A DNA stretch of 64,000 nucleotides from NCBI GenBank assembly GCA_019057475.1, contig DXJO01000008.1, positions 73,943 to 137,942 of the forward strand, given 5' to 3'. The stretch's first letter is position 1, and every line of letters begins with the position of its first letter. The translations under genes and the position numbers were made by a program. The notes below the pieces were generated by a model. It was not told the DNA's origin and did not search any database. It was given only the letters and a program-made list of their open reading frames with translations. Source of the stretch: Candidatus Thorarchaeota archaeon. GTDB lineage: Archaea > Asgardarchaeota > Thorarchaeia > Thorarchaeales > Thorarchaeaceae. Shown here piece after piece: positions 1-10,373 of the stretch.

Positions 1-663
1 TTCACAAGACGGGATGCGTGGAGGGCCGCACCCAAGTACACGGTCAAGGAACTCTCGAAGCTGCTCAAACAATCTAATGTCCCAATTCTGTCGGTGCACG
101 CGAACAGGGACGTGGGCATTTGCCTTTGCTCAGATGACTTGAGGGAGATTGCACGAGGGAAGGATATGATACACGAGAGCCTAGCGCTGGCTCAGAATGT
201 TGGTGCTGGTGTGGCAGTATTCCACCTTTGGGACACTTGGAAAGCAGAGTTTAGTCCCGCCTTCCTACGAAACCTTATGAGCGACATCGTTTCTCGATAC
301 CCGAATGTTGTTGCCGCTGTAGAGAACGTGCCAACACATCTTGTGGGCCGTACTCCTTTCGATCTCGTGAAAGAGTTCGAATATGTAACGCTTGACACTC
401 GATGGGCGGCAATGTATGATGAACTGGACAAGTTCGAGAGCATCAAGGACAGAATCATCAACGTTCATCTAAGAGGGCACCTGGAGAACAAGTGGTGGGC
501 TATTGACAACGCTCCATTCACATTTGATGAGGCTCTGGCCAAGATACAGGACGGCTGGAGGTACAGAGGTCTCTTAACCCTAGAACCCGAGCGGGGACCA
601 AGTGATGTGACGTGGGAGGGCCTGCTGGTTGCGTTGAAGAATCTAAGGAACTGTAAACATTAA
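1..663 (+). CDS. Sugar phosphate isomerase/epimerase-like (xylose-isomerase TIM barrel) protein, 5' partial (frame open to window start)
   Basis: The frame stays open from nt 1; the listed start at 94 is a GTG. The translation has a TIM-barrel epimerase-like composition. No exact family motif was verified. Confidence 0.4.
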   Translation, partial: FTRRDAWRAAPKYTVKELSKLLKQSNVPILSVHANRDVGICLCSDDLREIARGKDMIHESLALAQNVGAGVAVFHLWDTWKAEFSPAFLRNLMSDIVSRYPNVVAAVENVPTHLVGRTPFDLVKEFEYVTLDTRWAAMYDELDKFESIKDRIINVHLRGHLENKWWAIDNAPFTFDEALAKIQDGWRYRGLLTLEPERGPSDVTWEGLLVALKNLRNCKH

Positions 664-759
664 CCCGGGTGTCATGGGTGCACAGAGGTTATGTGTTGAC
701 GATATCTTTCTCTGCGCTTGAACAATCCACGCCCACTAGACAGGATGCGACCGTTCTCG

Positions 760-1305
760 CTATGCTCTGACCTTGTCAACCTCGATAGCTCGTCTGACAA
801 GATCTTTGAACATCAAGTCGACGTTGTCACCCGTTTTGGCGGATGTTTCGTAGTACATGGCATTCCACATCTTCTGGACCATTTCCCCGGCCTCGGGCGG
901 CACAAATCTATCCTTTCTGTCAATCTTGTTTGCAACTACGGCGACCACTGCATTTGGGCAAACAGCGATGAACTTGTCGTACCATTCGGTGACTTCGATG
1001 AACGTTCCTGGTCGAGTCACATCATAGACAATGAATGCCATGCTGGCACCAGCCATGTAGCGCCGCCTCAACATGCTGAATCTTGTCTGACCCGCAAGAT
1101 CCCAGAAGACCACATTGGCACTGATGTGTTCGCCATCTGGCATATCAACGTCTACTGCCTTCATGGCAATCGTAGTGCCAATGGTCGCCTTGTAGGTCTC
1201 ACTAAACGTGCGGTCGGTGAACCTCTTGATGCAACTAGTCTTACCTACACCTCCAGCTCCCAAAGCGACAAGCTTGAACTTGTGAGTAAGCACCCGTCGG
1301 GTCAC
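760..1305 (-). CDS. Ras-superfamily small GTPase (Rab/Ras-like)
   Basis: Every G-box is present: G1 GAGGVGKTS, switch-I Thr (TIGTT), G3 WDLAGQ, G4 NKID, G5 ETSAK. It is 181 aa and has no CAAX tail. Confidence 0.85.
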   Translation of the reverse strand: MTRRVLTHKFKLVALGAGGVGKTSCIKRFTDRTFSETYKATIGTTIAMKAVDVDMPDGEHISANVVFWDLAGQTRFSMLRRRYMAGASMAFIVYDVTRPGTFIEVTEWYDKFIAVCPNAVVAVVANKIDRKDRFVPPEAGEMVQKMWNAMYYETSAKTGDNVDLMFKDLVRRAIEVDKVRA

Positions 1306-1442
1306 TCTATTTCCCTTCTATGACTTCTAAACATGATTGCCGTACAAGTATTAGGGTTTACCGCCTGCGTTCCGCTTGGCCTGCAGAGGGTTTTTCACGT
1401 CCCTAAACATCACAGTGAACTACCAGTATCAGGTGTGCGACA

Positions 1443-2258
1443 GTGAATCTCCCTCGACTTCTGTTCAGATATCCCGGCGGCAAATTCTATGCTCTCAAGC
1501 TGCTGAGACCCTTCTGGCAGAACACCCCTCACGATGAATACCGGGAGGTTATGGTTGGGGGTGGTGCTGTCTTCTTCGACAAGCCAAAGGTTAGGCACAA
1601 CTGGCTGAACGACAAGCACGAGGATCTGATGACTACCTATAGAACAGTTGCTGACCCGGAACTGAGAGGGCGGCTTGTGGAGCTGTTTGAGAAAGAGGTT
1701 GCCACCAAGGAACGACACGCAGAGATGAAGGAGTTCATTCCAAGCAATGATTTCGATATTGCACTGAAATTCTTCTATCTGAACCGGACTTCATTCAGCG
1801 GCAAGACTAGGTCACCATCGTGGGGCTGGCGTCCCGTTAGAAGTCTTCCACCCAATCGCTGGAAAGAGAGAATCAGACCGTGTGGTGAAAAACTGGAAGA
1901 TACAAAGATGACATGCTTAGACTTCGAGGATGTCATCATTGCTCCCTCCCTTGGAGCGTCTACACTGCTGTTCGTGGACCCTCCTTACTTTCTCGCCAAA
2001 CAAGAGAATCACTATTCCGAATCGTTCTCAGAGAACGATCACTACCGACTAGCAGCAGTGCTTGAGAAGACATCGCACAAGTTCTTCCTAACTTATGATG
2101 ATTGCAAAGAGATTCGCGAGCTGTACAGTTTTGCAAGGATTAGCCAGAATAGGTTTCTCTATCGCATAGATAACTCAAGAAACCGGGGAGGAAAACGAAA
2201 ATATGGGAACGAGCTTGTAATAACCAACTATGACCATGAGAAGGCCTTGGAATGTTGA
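1443..2258 (+). CDS. Dam-family N6-adenine DNA methyltransferase (D12 class), paralog 1
   Basis: The N-terminus reads YPGGKFYALKLL..EYREVMVGGGAVFF, which is SAM-binding. The protein carries FYLNRTSFSG and the catalytic DPPY (FVDPPYF). GTG start. Confidence 0.8.
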   Translation: MNLPRLLFRYPGGKFYALKLLRPFWQNTPHDEYREVMVGGGAVFFDKPKVRHNWLNDKHEDLMTTYRTVADPELRGRLVELFEKEVATKERHAEMKEFIPSNDFDIALKFFYLNRTSFSGKTRSPSWGWRPVRSLPPNRWKERIRPCGEKLEDTKMTCLDFEDVIIAPSLGASTLLFVDPPYFLAKQENHYSESFSENDHYRLAAVLEKTSHKFFLTYDDCKEIRELYSFARISQNRFLYRIDNSRNRGGKRKYGNELVITNYDHEKALEC

Positions 2259-2286
2259 CCACAACATTCACATTCAAGTTTGCTGA

Positions 2287-2380
2287 GCCTTCTTGCTACG
2301 AGGCTGACCAGAAGCAAGGAGGAGCTTGCTGGTCATCTGCAAGTAACAGAGGAAAAAGAAAAGGGCGCGGTAGAGTGTTG
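2287..2380 (+). pseudogene. Decayed Dam-derived fragment (PPY-region and C-terminal remnants)
   Basis: The DNA tgctacgaggctgaccagaagcaagga is near-identical to Dam paralog 2 tactatgaggctgaccagaaacgggcg (YYEADQKR). It is followed by ggaaaaagaaaaggg, resembling Dam1 ggaaaacgaaaatatggg (GGKRKYG). There is no intact ORF. Confidence 0.35.
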
Positions 2381-3010
2381 GCGGAAAGAGGGCTGTAAAC
2401 AGCTGCTGCAAAGTTGGACATATCTGGACAATTTCATTGTGGGCTTCATATAGACCAATTCGACATTGATCTCCGAGGAATATGACACACCTGTGAAGGT
2501 TCCTCACGGAGTAGTCCAGTGCTGTTTTCTGGACGTACTAGACTTCGGTGTCAAACTTTGTACAACCTACAATGAACGGTTCGTATGGAGGGAAGGTATC
2601 GCGTGTAACGGGAGGAAAAAAGAGCCCGCCAACCCGCGCCACTGTCCATGCATGCCTGTGAGGCCATTTAAGCATCCATGAAAAACCACGGGGAGCGCAA
2701 GAGCAAGGTCAGACGCAACAGATCTACACAATGCATGGAGCCCCCGGCGAGTGCGGTGTCAAGCAGCTGGTCGAACTGTGAAAGATAATGCTTCAAGTGT
2801 CACTCATTCGCTTTTCCCAGCCAAGTCCTGCCAAGAGCAGTTCACAAAATCGGGACGATACACGATAAATCGAACAGATACAACGAAGATTCGATTATAT
2901 TATTTCATGGTAAATCGTTATATGCCTGTTCAGTCAGCTGCTTTCAGAGTCGCCCCAGCAGAAAATTGCAAGGGAATAACACTGCGACGAGGGCTGGATA
3001 TCCAAGCTGA

Positions 3011-6000
3011 ATGGACCGATTGCCAATCCAAAGGTGTATGCAGATGAGAATCAGTAGAAATTCCGTGGGTTTTGCATTCCTGATGACATTGTTACTTGTG
3101 TCAGGCTTTCTTTCGCAAATGGGGACTGCATCGCCTAATCTGAGTACTGTAGGAGCGATGCCGCACGCAATAGATAATATGCTGAGCCCTGACGCATCGG
3201 GTCCTGAAGCAGTGTATGTCACATCCGATCTCCCCTCATCGACAACCGGCACAGGATTGTTATTGCATGTAGTCGAATATGCTAATGGAACCTTTGTCGA
3301 ACGCAACACAAGAGCAAACGAATCAACCACTTTCTATCCTCAGAGGTTCGATATTCCACAGGGGTGGCACACCACTCAGATCACAGCAATAAGCTCTAAG
3401 ATGTATCATCTCAGAGATTGGGTACAGAACGGAAATTTCTCAGCCATCACCGGCTGGTCGTACAACGAGGATCCCAGTCCCACTGGTGTTCTAACAGAGG
3501 ATTACGATGGCATCAATGACTGGATTACGATTGTTCGTGAATCTGGTGGAAAAGTGCAATACGACTATTGGGGCTCGTGGAATCAAACAGTGCAAGTCAT
3601 CGAGGGTGGAGCTGCCTCTGCAACGCTGAATGTCACTTACAAAATCGATACCACAACAGGCACCAACGGGCAAACTGCAGAACCGTATCTCTTCGTCAAT
3701 GGTTCAATGTATGAACTACCATCCGGAGGAAGAAGATTCAGCAGCAATCAAGACTGGACTACCTATTCCGTTGAGCTACCGCTTTCTGAATTCACCTTTC
3801 CAGGCGACCTAGAAGTGGCGTTGGGCATTCGAGGCTGGAATGGAACTCAGTTCCAGACAAAGGGTACCTTAACTTGCGACAATGTCACGTTGACTCTACG
3901 GACCTCAAGATTCGTCGAGGCAGTTGACCTGAGAACACGCGACAAAGATGACCCCCCAAACACGGTGCAGTTCACAACGGGAGCAGGTGGAAAAGGCTAT
4001 GCCACCCTCTCAGGCAACTGGACAAATTATGTAGAGTTAGAGTTTCTAGCCAATGAAACGGGTACTGAGTTCAGTCTGGACCTCTTCATGCATTTGATGC
4101 GAAATAACAATCTTGATACCAATACATACACTGTCGCAAACGGCACTGATGCAACTTGGGACTGTGCTTTTACCGCGCGGGAGATGGCTTACCCATTTAC
4201 ATCCCACTACTTCAATGTGTCAATTCCTCATGATTGGACTCTTGAATCGGTGTATGATGCATACAATGACCTTCAGCTGTCTGGCACAACCTACTACAAT
4301 GCCACATACTACGGGGCCGAATCAATACTCGTATGCGATGTCTATGGTACTGGTGTAAGCGGAACGCCCCACTACGGCACCTGGACCTTTTCGTCGACCG
4401 CCCCCAACTACGGCAAGGCCCTCTCGTCATGGGGTGCACCGGACGGATACTGGACTGAAACGATCAACTTCTATCCGGGCTCAGATCTCCGGGTCAATGT
4501 CACATTCAGCGATGGAATAGAATCCCCCCCGACTTCTCCGGGTAACGGAACGCTGAATCTCTACAATGTGGAAACACAACTTGTATACACCGAGTCTGGA
4601 GGTGCTCTGGACGTTTCTGGCTTACACATTTACCAGAATGGAACAGGCATATCAAACATCACAATTCAACCCTCGTGGCTTGCTGGATCAATCACAGCAA
4701 TCGCTTCATGGGGCAACGGAACGTCGGTGGGAGAAATCAGGAAGCAGTTCTTCATCTATCACAGAACTGAACTAGAGATAGAGGCAGCAGTCTATTACGC
4801 GTTTCGAGGGGACACAATCTCCGTAAGAGTCAAGTATGTTGACTCTGAAACAGGACTTGGTATTCCTGCAGCCTCGCTCTACTATAACTGGACCTATGGT
4901 TCAGACGCCATGGGGTATGCTGGTAACGGATGGTACGCAGGATATGTGGATACCTCAATGGCCATGATAGGAGATTATCCAGTCACGGTGAACGCATCCA
5001 AAGAGTATAACGACTTTGCACTGACAACTGGCATCACAATCAAAATCCAAGAGAGAACCACGCTCTTCTCACCTAGGAGCCTGCAAACCCCAACCACTGA
5101 CTATGAGATCCCATGGGGGAACTCGAAGGTCATCTACTTGGCCTACGAGGATACCATTCAAATGAATCCTGTGGCCCTGAGTGCCAATCCAGGCAGTCCT
5201 GGGAGTCCAGATGTGACTGACACGTACACTTCCAACAATGTCTACGCGACGGTGACCAGTGTAGGCAATGAAATCTCTCTTACAGTTGAAACCAATGTCA
5301 CCCCTTACGGTTTCCTGACCGCTGACCTCACTTCGATGTCCTACAAGGCTGAGGGTAAGTTTAGCGTCGCAGTTAGCACCGGATCTGTTTATGCCTATAA
5401 CTTCAGCAGTGGCTCCTGGGTGATAATCATTGATTCATACCAACCAGTTGTCGACACCACTCTCTCATGGAAGACCCTCAAGCCAAGTGATTTCATCTCT
5501 ACAGGCGGTATTGTGCGGGCTCGGGTCAATGCAACCCATTCTGCATCCTTTAGCTTCGATCTCGACCTCTTCGATTTTGTGGCCAACCGCCCTATCGATG
5601 ACACTGAACCAAGTGTTTTGATTAAATCAGATTGGCCAGCACAGTCTGTCGTTGGCACTCAAGTAGGACCCGTCTACAACGCATCTCTGAATATCTGGCA
5701 GGTCACACTGAACACGAGGGATGTTGTACCTGGTGAATACACAGTACTCATTGAGGCCTCAGCCACTGGACACCAGAGCAAATCCCTAGAGTTGACAGTT
5801 GCTCTAAAAGCCCATCAGAGCCGGGTGTCGGTGTATCCACTCTCAGAAACTCCTTGGAGCTGGAAGACATGGATTAACGTTTCAATTACGGACACAGACA
5901 ACTCGTCAATGGTGCTTTCGGAGAACAACATCTCATTGATTCAAGTGGAATCCGCTTATGGTATTCAGTTTTTCACCTCATCCAATTGGACGTACAGCGA

Positions 6001-8566
6001 CTCAAGTGGATATGCTGAAGTTGCTCTCCATCTTGACACAAGCGCATGGGACATCGGTTCTCACTCTGTGACAGTCACAGTGACTACATCAGGCACAGGT
6101 CTATCCAAGTTCTTTAATGATCCATCATTACAGCATGTGGATATTGGAATCAGGCGGGTCAGGACAGGACTCTACGTTGACAGCTCCATAATTTCGGTGA
6201 ACTGGAGCGATCAGGTGAATCTTGCAGCTTGTTATGATAACCTAGATATAGGTGAACTGGTGCTTGGCGCAACCGTAAAGGCATCATTGAGTGGCCTATC
6301 ATTTGATCTTACTTCGAATGGTACAGCGTACACAGCTCACATTGACACTGCACCGCTGGATGTTGGAACCTACATCATTACCATAACGGCCAACAAGACG
6401 AACTTCGAAACCAAAATCATTCAGGTCACTCTTGTTGTGTTTGTTCTTCAGACTGTGATGGAGAGTGCAGATGGATTGTATTCATTCTCTGTCGTAAGTG
6501 GAGAACATGTCGACCTGTTAGTATACTATTACGAGCTGGCATTTGGACTTGGCGTAGGCGATGCCACTGTGTCATACGTCTGGGACCTCGGCAGCGGGCT
6601 GCTTGTCACAAATGGTACAGCTGGATACTACACGGCAACAATCAATGCAACGGCTTATGTGAACATATACACGATCTCCGTGAGAGCCAACAAAACGAAC
6701 TACGCCACAACCAGCATCTACTTCAGTCTCGATGTGGGCCTTGTTGAAACCGAGCTATCATCGGTCGGTGAGCCTACTCTCCGAGTCGTCTTTGGTGAAA
6801 TGGCATTCATGGTGGTCAACTACACCAGCAAGAATTTGGAAGAACCTGTCACAGGTGCCTCCTTGCAGTTTAGGTTTGGTGACACAAACTACACAGGCAT
6901 CCTAACTGAGTCCCAACCAGGAATCTACAACGCCACGATTGACTCCTCTCAACTGCACGCCGGGACGTTCAGTTTCTATATTGTGGCGACGAAGGCCGGA
7001 TACAAGGCTGGTACTCTCGCTCGCCTCTTGGAAGTAGCCCAGATTGACACAATTCTTACCTCTACACATCCACCGCTGACTGTTGTCTATGAGTCAATTG
7101 CCACATTCTTCTTCAACTACACAGATGTATATTACGGGCTTCCAATAGAGAATGCTACACTTGAGTACACATGGTTGGGTGGGACGGGCATCCTCGATGA
7201 GATGGGAAACGGAATCTACAGCACTGAGTTTGACAGCGTTCTCGTGGGTTTCGGACTGCACAATGTCCATGTGAGCGCTTCCAAGAGCAACTATGTGTTC
7301 AGAACTGCATCGTCGACGCTCGAGGTACGCGTCATAGCCGCCGAGGTCATTGTTGATGAGTACTACACGATTCCTATTGGCGACGCCTTGACAATCCATG
7401 TTATCTACAATGATACATCCTACAACAGATTGATCAATGATGCCACAGCTCTGGCAGTATGGAGCTACGGAAACGTAGACCTCATTCCCACGGGAGATGG
7501 CCAATACTCATTCACAATACCTGAAACCCTTGCAATGGACACCTTCTACGTGACATTCATCCTCAGCAAAGCTAACCACGAAAGTGTCAGTGTGCGCGTA
7601 ACAATTATCGTGCGAGAGATCGCCACTCATCTCTCAACACTCAGTGGCGACAACTTCGTGGGTGCCACAATCGGTGAGTTAGTCCAGATAACCATGGTCT
7701 ACACTGATACCGACCACAACATACCCATATCAGGCGCCATACTCTCTGTAACACAAGAGAGTGGAATTATTGATGAGAGCGATTGGACAGTTGTTGAGGG
7801 TCTTGTCCCTGGCCAGTATGTCATATCATTCGTCGTACCGGTTGACGAGCAGTTCAGCATACTGGTAAGTGCTCAGAACGGGGAGAACTACAATGCACAG
7901 GAGATTACTATTGCAATAGTCGCTACTCCAGTTACAGTGGATCCGCTGACGTCGATGATGACCTTATTCGGGAGTCTCGGTGTGATATTCTTCCTTGTTT
8001 GCGCTCTTCTCTATGTCAAGATCTTCAGCGTTCCGATAGTGATTCGTCGTCTGAATAGAATGATCAAGGTAATGTCCAAGGGCGGGATACCCAAGGTCCC
8101 GGAGGCCCCAGGTAGAGATGAGATAATCCAAGATATTATCAACACAGGCCTGGCCCCGGTCAACATATACAAGTCACTTGATGAGATTCCCAAGGAAACT
8201 ATCGAGCTCATGATACCTGAAACTGAAGCGCTGCTTCAGGAACTGGCGGAGATAACAGGTCTCACTGAGGATGACATAGCAGCACTCCATTCTGACCTTC
8301 TGAGAATGAAGCCTAGTGAGAGGCCCGGGTTCCTAATGGAGGTCATTCGTCAGGAGAAAGCCAGAAGGTCAAAAATCCTCGCTGAGAAAAAGGAGGAGTC
8401 AAAGAGAAGAGCAATCACCAAGGCCGAGCTTGAGGATGTGCGGGCTAGGCTTGAGGCCATGGGCTTCGATGAAGGTCAGCTTGAACTGATTATGGAAAAT
8501 GCGAAGAATCTAACCAAGGCTGAGGTAGATGCTCTGTTGGATAGCATGGGGGACTCCACTAGGTAG
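3011..8566 (+). CDS. Giant secreted/surface protein: N-terminal signal peptide, very many N-x-S/T sequons, C-terminal TM helix and cytoplasmic coiled-coil tail
   Basis: It is 1851 aa. MQMRISRNSVGFAFLMTLLLVSGFLSQMGTASP reads as a signal peptide; alternative starts are 3038 and 3044. N-x-S/T sequons run throughout (NGTF, NVTY, NGSM, NWTN, NETG, NVSI, NATY ...). Repeated Thr/Ser/Val-rich beta-like segments. TM helix LTSMMTLFGSLGVIFFLVCALLYVKIF, then about 170 aa of charged, Glu/Lys/Arg-rich tail. No PGF-CTERM. Confidence 0.7.
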   Translation: MDRLPIQRCMQMRISRNSVGFAFLMTLLLVSGFLSQMGTASPNLSTVGAMPHAIDNMLSPDASGPEAVYVTSDLPSSTTGTGLLLHVVEYANGTFVERNTRANESTTFYPQRFDIPQGWHTTQITAISSKMYHLRDWVQNGNFSAITGWSYNEDPSPTGVLTEDYDGINDWITIVRESGGKVQYDYWGSWNQTVQVIEGGAASATLNVTYKIDTTTGTNGQTAEPYLFVNGSMYELPSGGRRFSSNQDWTTYSVELPLSEFTFPGDLEVALGIRGWNGTQFQTKGTLTCDNVTLTLRTSRFVEAVDLRTRDKDDPPNTVQFTTGAGGKGYATLSGNWTNYVELEFLANETGTEFSLDLFMHLMRNNNLDTNTYTVANGTDATWDCAFTAREMAYPFTSHYFNVSIPHDWTLESVYDAYNDLQLSGTTYYNATYYGAESILVCDVYGTGVSGTPHYGTWTFSSTAPNYGKALSSWGAPDGYWTETINFYPGSDLRVNVTFSDGIESPPTSPGNGTLNLYNVETQLVYTESGGALDVSGLHIYQNGTGISNITIQPSWLAGSITAIASWGNGTSVGEIRKQFFIYHRTELEIEAAVYYAFRGDTISVRVKYVDSETGLGIPAASLYYNWTYGSDAMGYAGNGWYAGYVDTSMAMIGDYPVTVNASKEYNDFALTTGITIKIQERTTLFSPRSLQTPTTDYEIPWGNSKVIYLAYEDTIQMNPVALSANPGSPGSPDVTDTYTSNNVYATVTSVGNEISLTVETNVTPYGFLTADLTSMSYKAEGKFSVAVSTGSVYAYNFSSGSWVIIIDSYQPVVDTTLSWKTLKPSDFISTGGIVRARVNATHSASFSFDLDLFDFVANRPIDDTEPSVLIKSDWPAQSVVGTQVGPVYNASLNIWQVTLNTRDVVPGEYTVLIEASATGHQSKSLELTVALKAHQSRVSVYPLSETPWSWKTWINVSITDTDNSSMVLSENNISLIQVESAYGIQFFTSSNWTYSDSSGYAEVALHLDTSAWDIGSHSVTVTVTTSGTGLSKFFNDPSLQHVDIGIRRVRTGLYVDSSIISVNWSDQVNLAACYDNLDIGELVLGATVKASLSGLSFDLTSNGTAYTAHIDTAPLDVGTYIITITANKTNFETKIIQVTLVVFVLQTVMESADGLYSFSVVSGEHVDLLVYYYELAFGLGVGDATVSYVWDLGSGLLVTNGTAGYYTATINATAYVNIYTISVRANKTNYATTSIYFSLDVGLVETELSSVGEPTLRVVFGEMAFMVVNYTSKNLEEPVTGASLQFRFGDTNYTGILTESQPGIYNATIDSSQLHAGTFSFYIVATKAGYKAGTLARLLEVAQIDTILTSTHPPLTVVYESIATFFFNYTDVYYGLPIENATLEYTWLGGTGILDEMGNGIYSTEFDSVLVGFGLHNVHVSASKSNYVFRTASSTLEVRVIAAEVIVDEYYTIPIGDALTIHVIYNDTSYNRLINDATALAVWSYGNVDLIPTGDGQYSFTIPETLAMDTFYVTFILSKANHESVSVRVTIIVREIATHLSTLSGDNFVGATIGELVQITMVYTDTDHNIPISGAILSVTQESGIIDESDWTVVEGLVPGQYVISFVVPVDEQFSILVSAQNGENYNAQEITIAIVATPVTVDPLTSMMTLFGSLGVIFFLVCALLYVKIFSVPIVIRRLNRMIKVMSKGGIPKVPEAPGRDEIIQDIINTGLAPVNIYKSLDEIPKETIELMIPETEALLQELAEITGLTEDDIAALHSDLLRMKPSERPGFLMEVIRQEKARRSKILAEKKEESKRRAITKAELEDVRARLEAMGFDEGQLELIMENAKNLTKAEVDALLDSMGDSTR

Positions 8567-10247
8567 AACCACATTCTCCGGAGTAATACTGAAGGCTTGA
8601 CGTCGACCAGAATGCCCCCAACTTGTGACACATGAGTTCTTTGATGGCCTTGGCGGATTGCAACCCAACAATTGGCTACATTGACGACCTACTATTGACC
8701 TATTCTCTCGACATAGCTCTCTACGAACTTGGCTCTCTCGGCTCTGCATTTGTGGCTGAGCTGCGCAAATGGGCCAGCTGCCAGTACACTCTGGACCTCA
8801 ATGAGGGGGTCTCAGATAAGAGAATCAAGTCTGTCACTCTCTTACTGGGCTCAGCACTCAACTCCACAATCCATATCACAAGCTCCCTGAATCTCAACTC
8901 CACAGTCATCTTCTCGAACAATGCTCGTTTATCCTATGACAATCAAAGCTTCAAGTACGATGCTTCAGGAACCGTTGCCCGAAACTTGTACAATCTTGGA
9001 CATCAACGTCCTTGACTGATGTTTGGTTCCTGATTCATTGAGGTCTGCTCTGCAGATCCTACTGGATCTGCGACAAGTCTTGCGTCCTCTCCACAGGCGT
9101 TTTCTGTCTCCATCCAACTGGCGGCGACCGAAGTTCATGCAGGCCCTAGCAATCAGCATTGAACATCCACACTAATCAATCCTGAGCAGTATGTTATAAC
9201 CACCTACAAAATGTCTAAGAATGTACAAGTTCTTGGCAGCTGTTGCATACCCTCCGCTTTGGATTTGGTGAAGATGTAAGACTCAGCCGGTGGTTTCGCG
9301 TTTGGATTGACACAGACATGGCAGCCGTATACATTGACCTACTCGACAGTCATGGTGGTAAGATCACCTTTTCCTACCTGACAGACTACCTCATAGCAGA
9401 CATTGACGGTTGGTACTCCTGTGGTGCCCGTATGTATTCCGCCGAGGTCAAACTCACGCCACCTGTAGTTGATGTTGCGGTCAGCACGAATACTGCTGTG
9501 GTGGTTCTGTACGACTGGAACTTCTTTTGACCAGACCGCCTTACTCCTTCGTAGTTGTAGCCCCCTTGCTAGGAATATGGCCTTACGTGTCTGCTTCTCC
9601 GCAGTTGTAGCTAATTACCAGTACCCCAAAGCAGATTGATAGGACTGTATCTCTCTCCACTCGCATTAGCTGCTGAGAGCATGAAAAATCGTAGCCTCTG
9701 TGAATACAGTGAGGACGGCACCTGCGTACTTCGCAGTGATGAAACAGTGTATTGCCCATTCTCAGGTCAACTTGGAGCATGGGGTTTCGCAGGGCTCTTT
9801 GTCTACCAGTTCTACGAGATGAGGGAACAGGTACTGCACTTGGCTAACGGTCGGGAAGTGATAGAGCTCTCTCTAGAACGGGCATTTGAAGTGCCAAGCC
9901 GCAGCTACGTAGAGTCTGGGTTAGGTCCCATCACCTTCACTGACTTCCTGCGAGGAGTGGAGGAAACAGTAACATCATTTGTAGCAAACCTTTCGTGGTT
10001 GCCTCCAGTTCCTGACGAGTGACTTGTTTCGTCGAACGGTAGCAAGTTCCTGCTGGTTATGTTGACACCGTCGATTATGACAGTTTCTGTGGTAGTCCTG
10101 TCGAGAGCGCCGATAAGTTGTCTTTCCCGACCCGGGTGGTCCCATTATCCAGTAGATTGCCAGCATACTTAATACAGTCGTGTGAATAGCCGCGTCGACA
10201 AATTGGTTCAAAAATGGTGTATGATAGTGCAGGGGGATAACTCAAGA

Positions 10248-10307
10248 GACCGGAGTGGGCGCCGCAAGTCCGGTCAGGAATTAGTCATTACGAACTACGA
10301 CCCTCAG
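10248..10307 (+). pseudogene. Dam C-terminal remnant immediately upstream of Dam paralog 2
   Basis: The translation DRSGRRKSGQELVITNYDPQ mirrors the Dam1 C-terminus RNRGGKRKYGNELVITNYDHE and the Dam2 C-terminus KMGQELIISNY. It lies in frame upstream of the real Dam2 start. Confidence 0.4.
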
Positions 10308-10373
10308 ATAACTGTGGAAGAAACCACGACCCACACAGGGGGTGACGCCATTCATTCTGAAATCACCACAAGA

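Noticed and set aside
718-1323. 201-aa plus-strand ORF
   Set aside because: It lies exactly antisense to the small GTPase gene, which has all G-box motifs. It is a shadow ORF.
2751-3047. 98-aa ORF upstream of the surface-protein gene
   Set aside because: It overlaps the probable promoter and start of the 1851-aa gene and shows no conserved motif. It is likely non-coding leader.
7094-7504. 136-aa minus-strand ORF
   Set aside because: It lies inside the giant surface-protein gene on the opposite strand.
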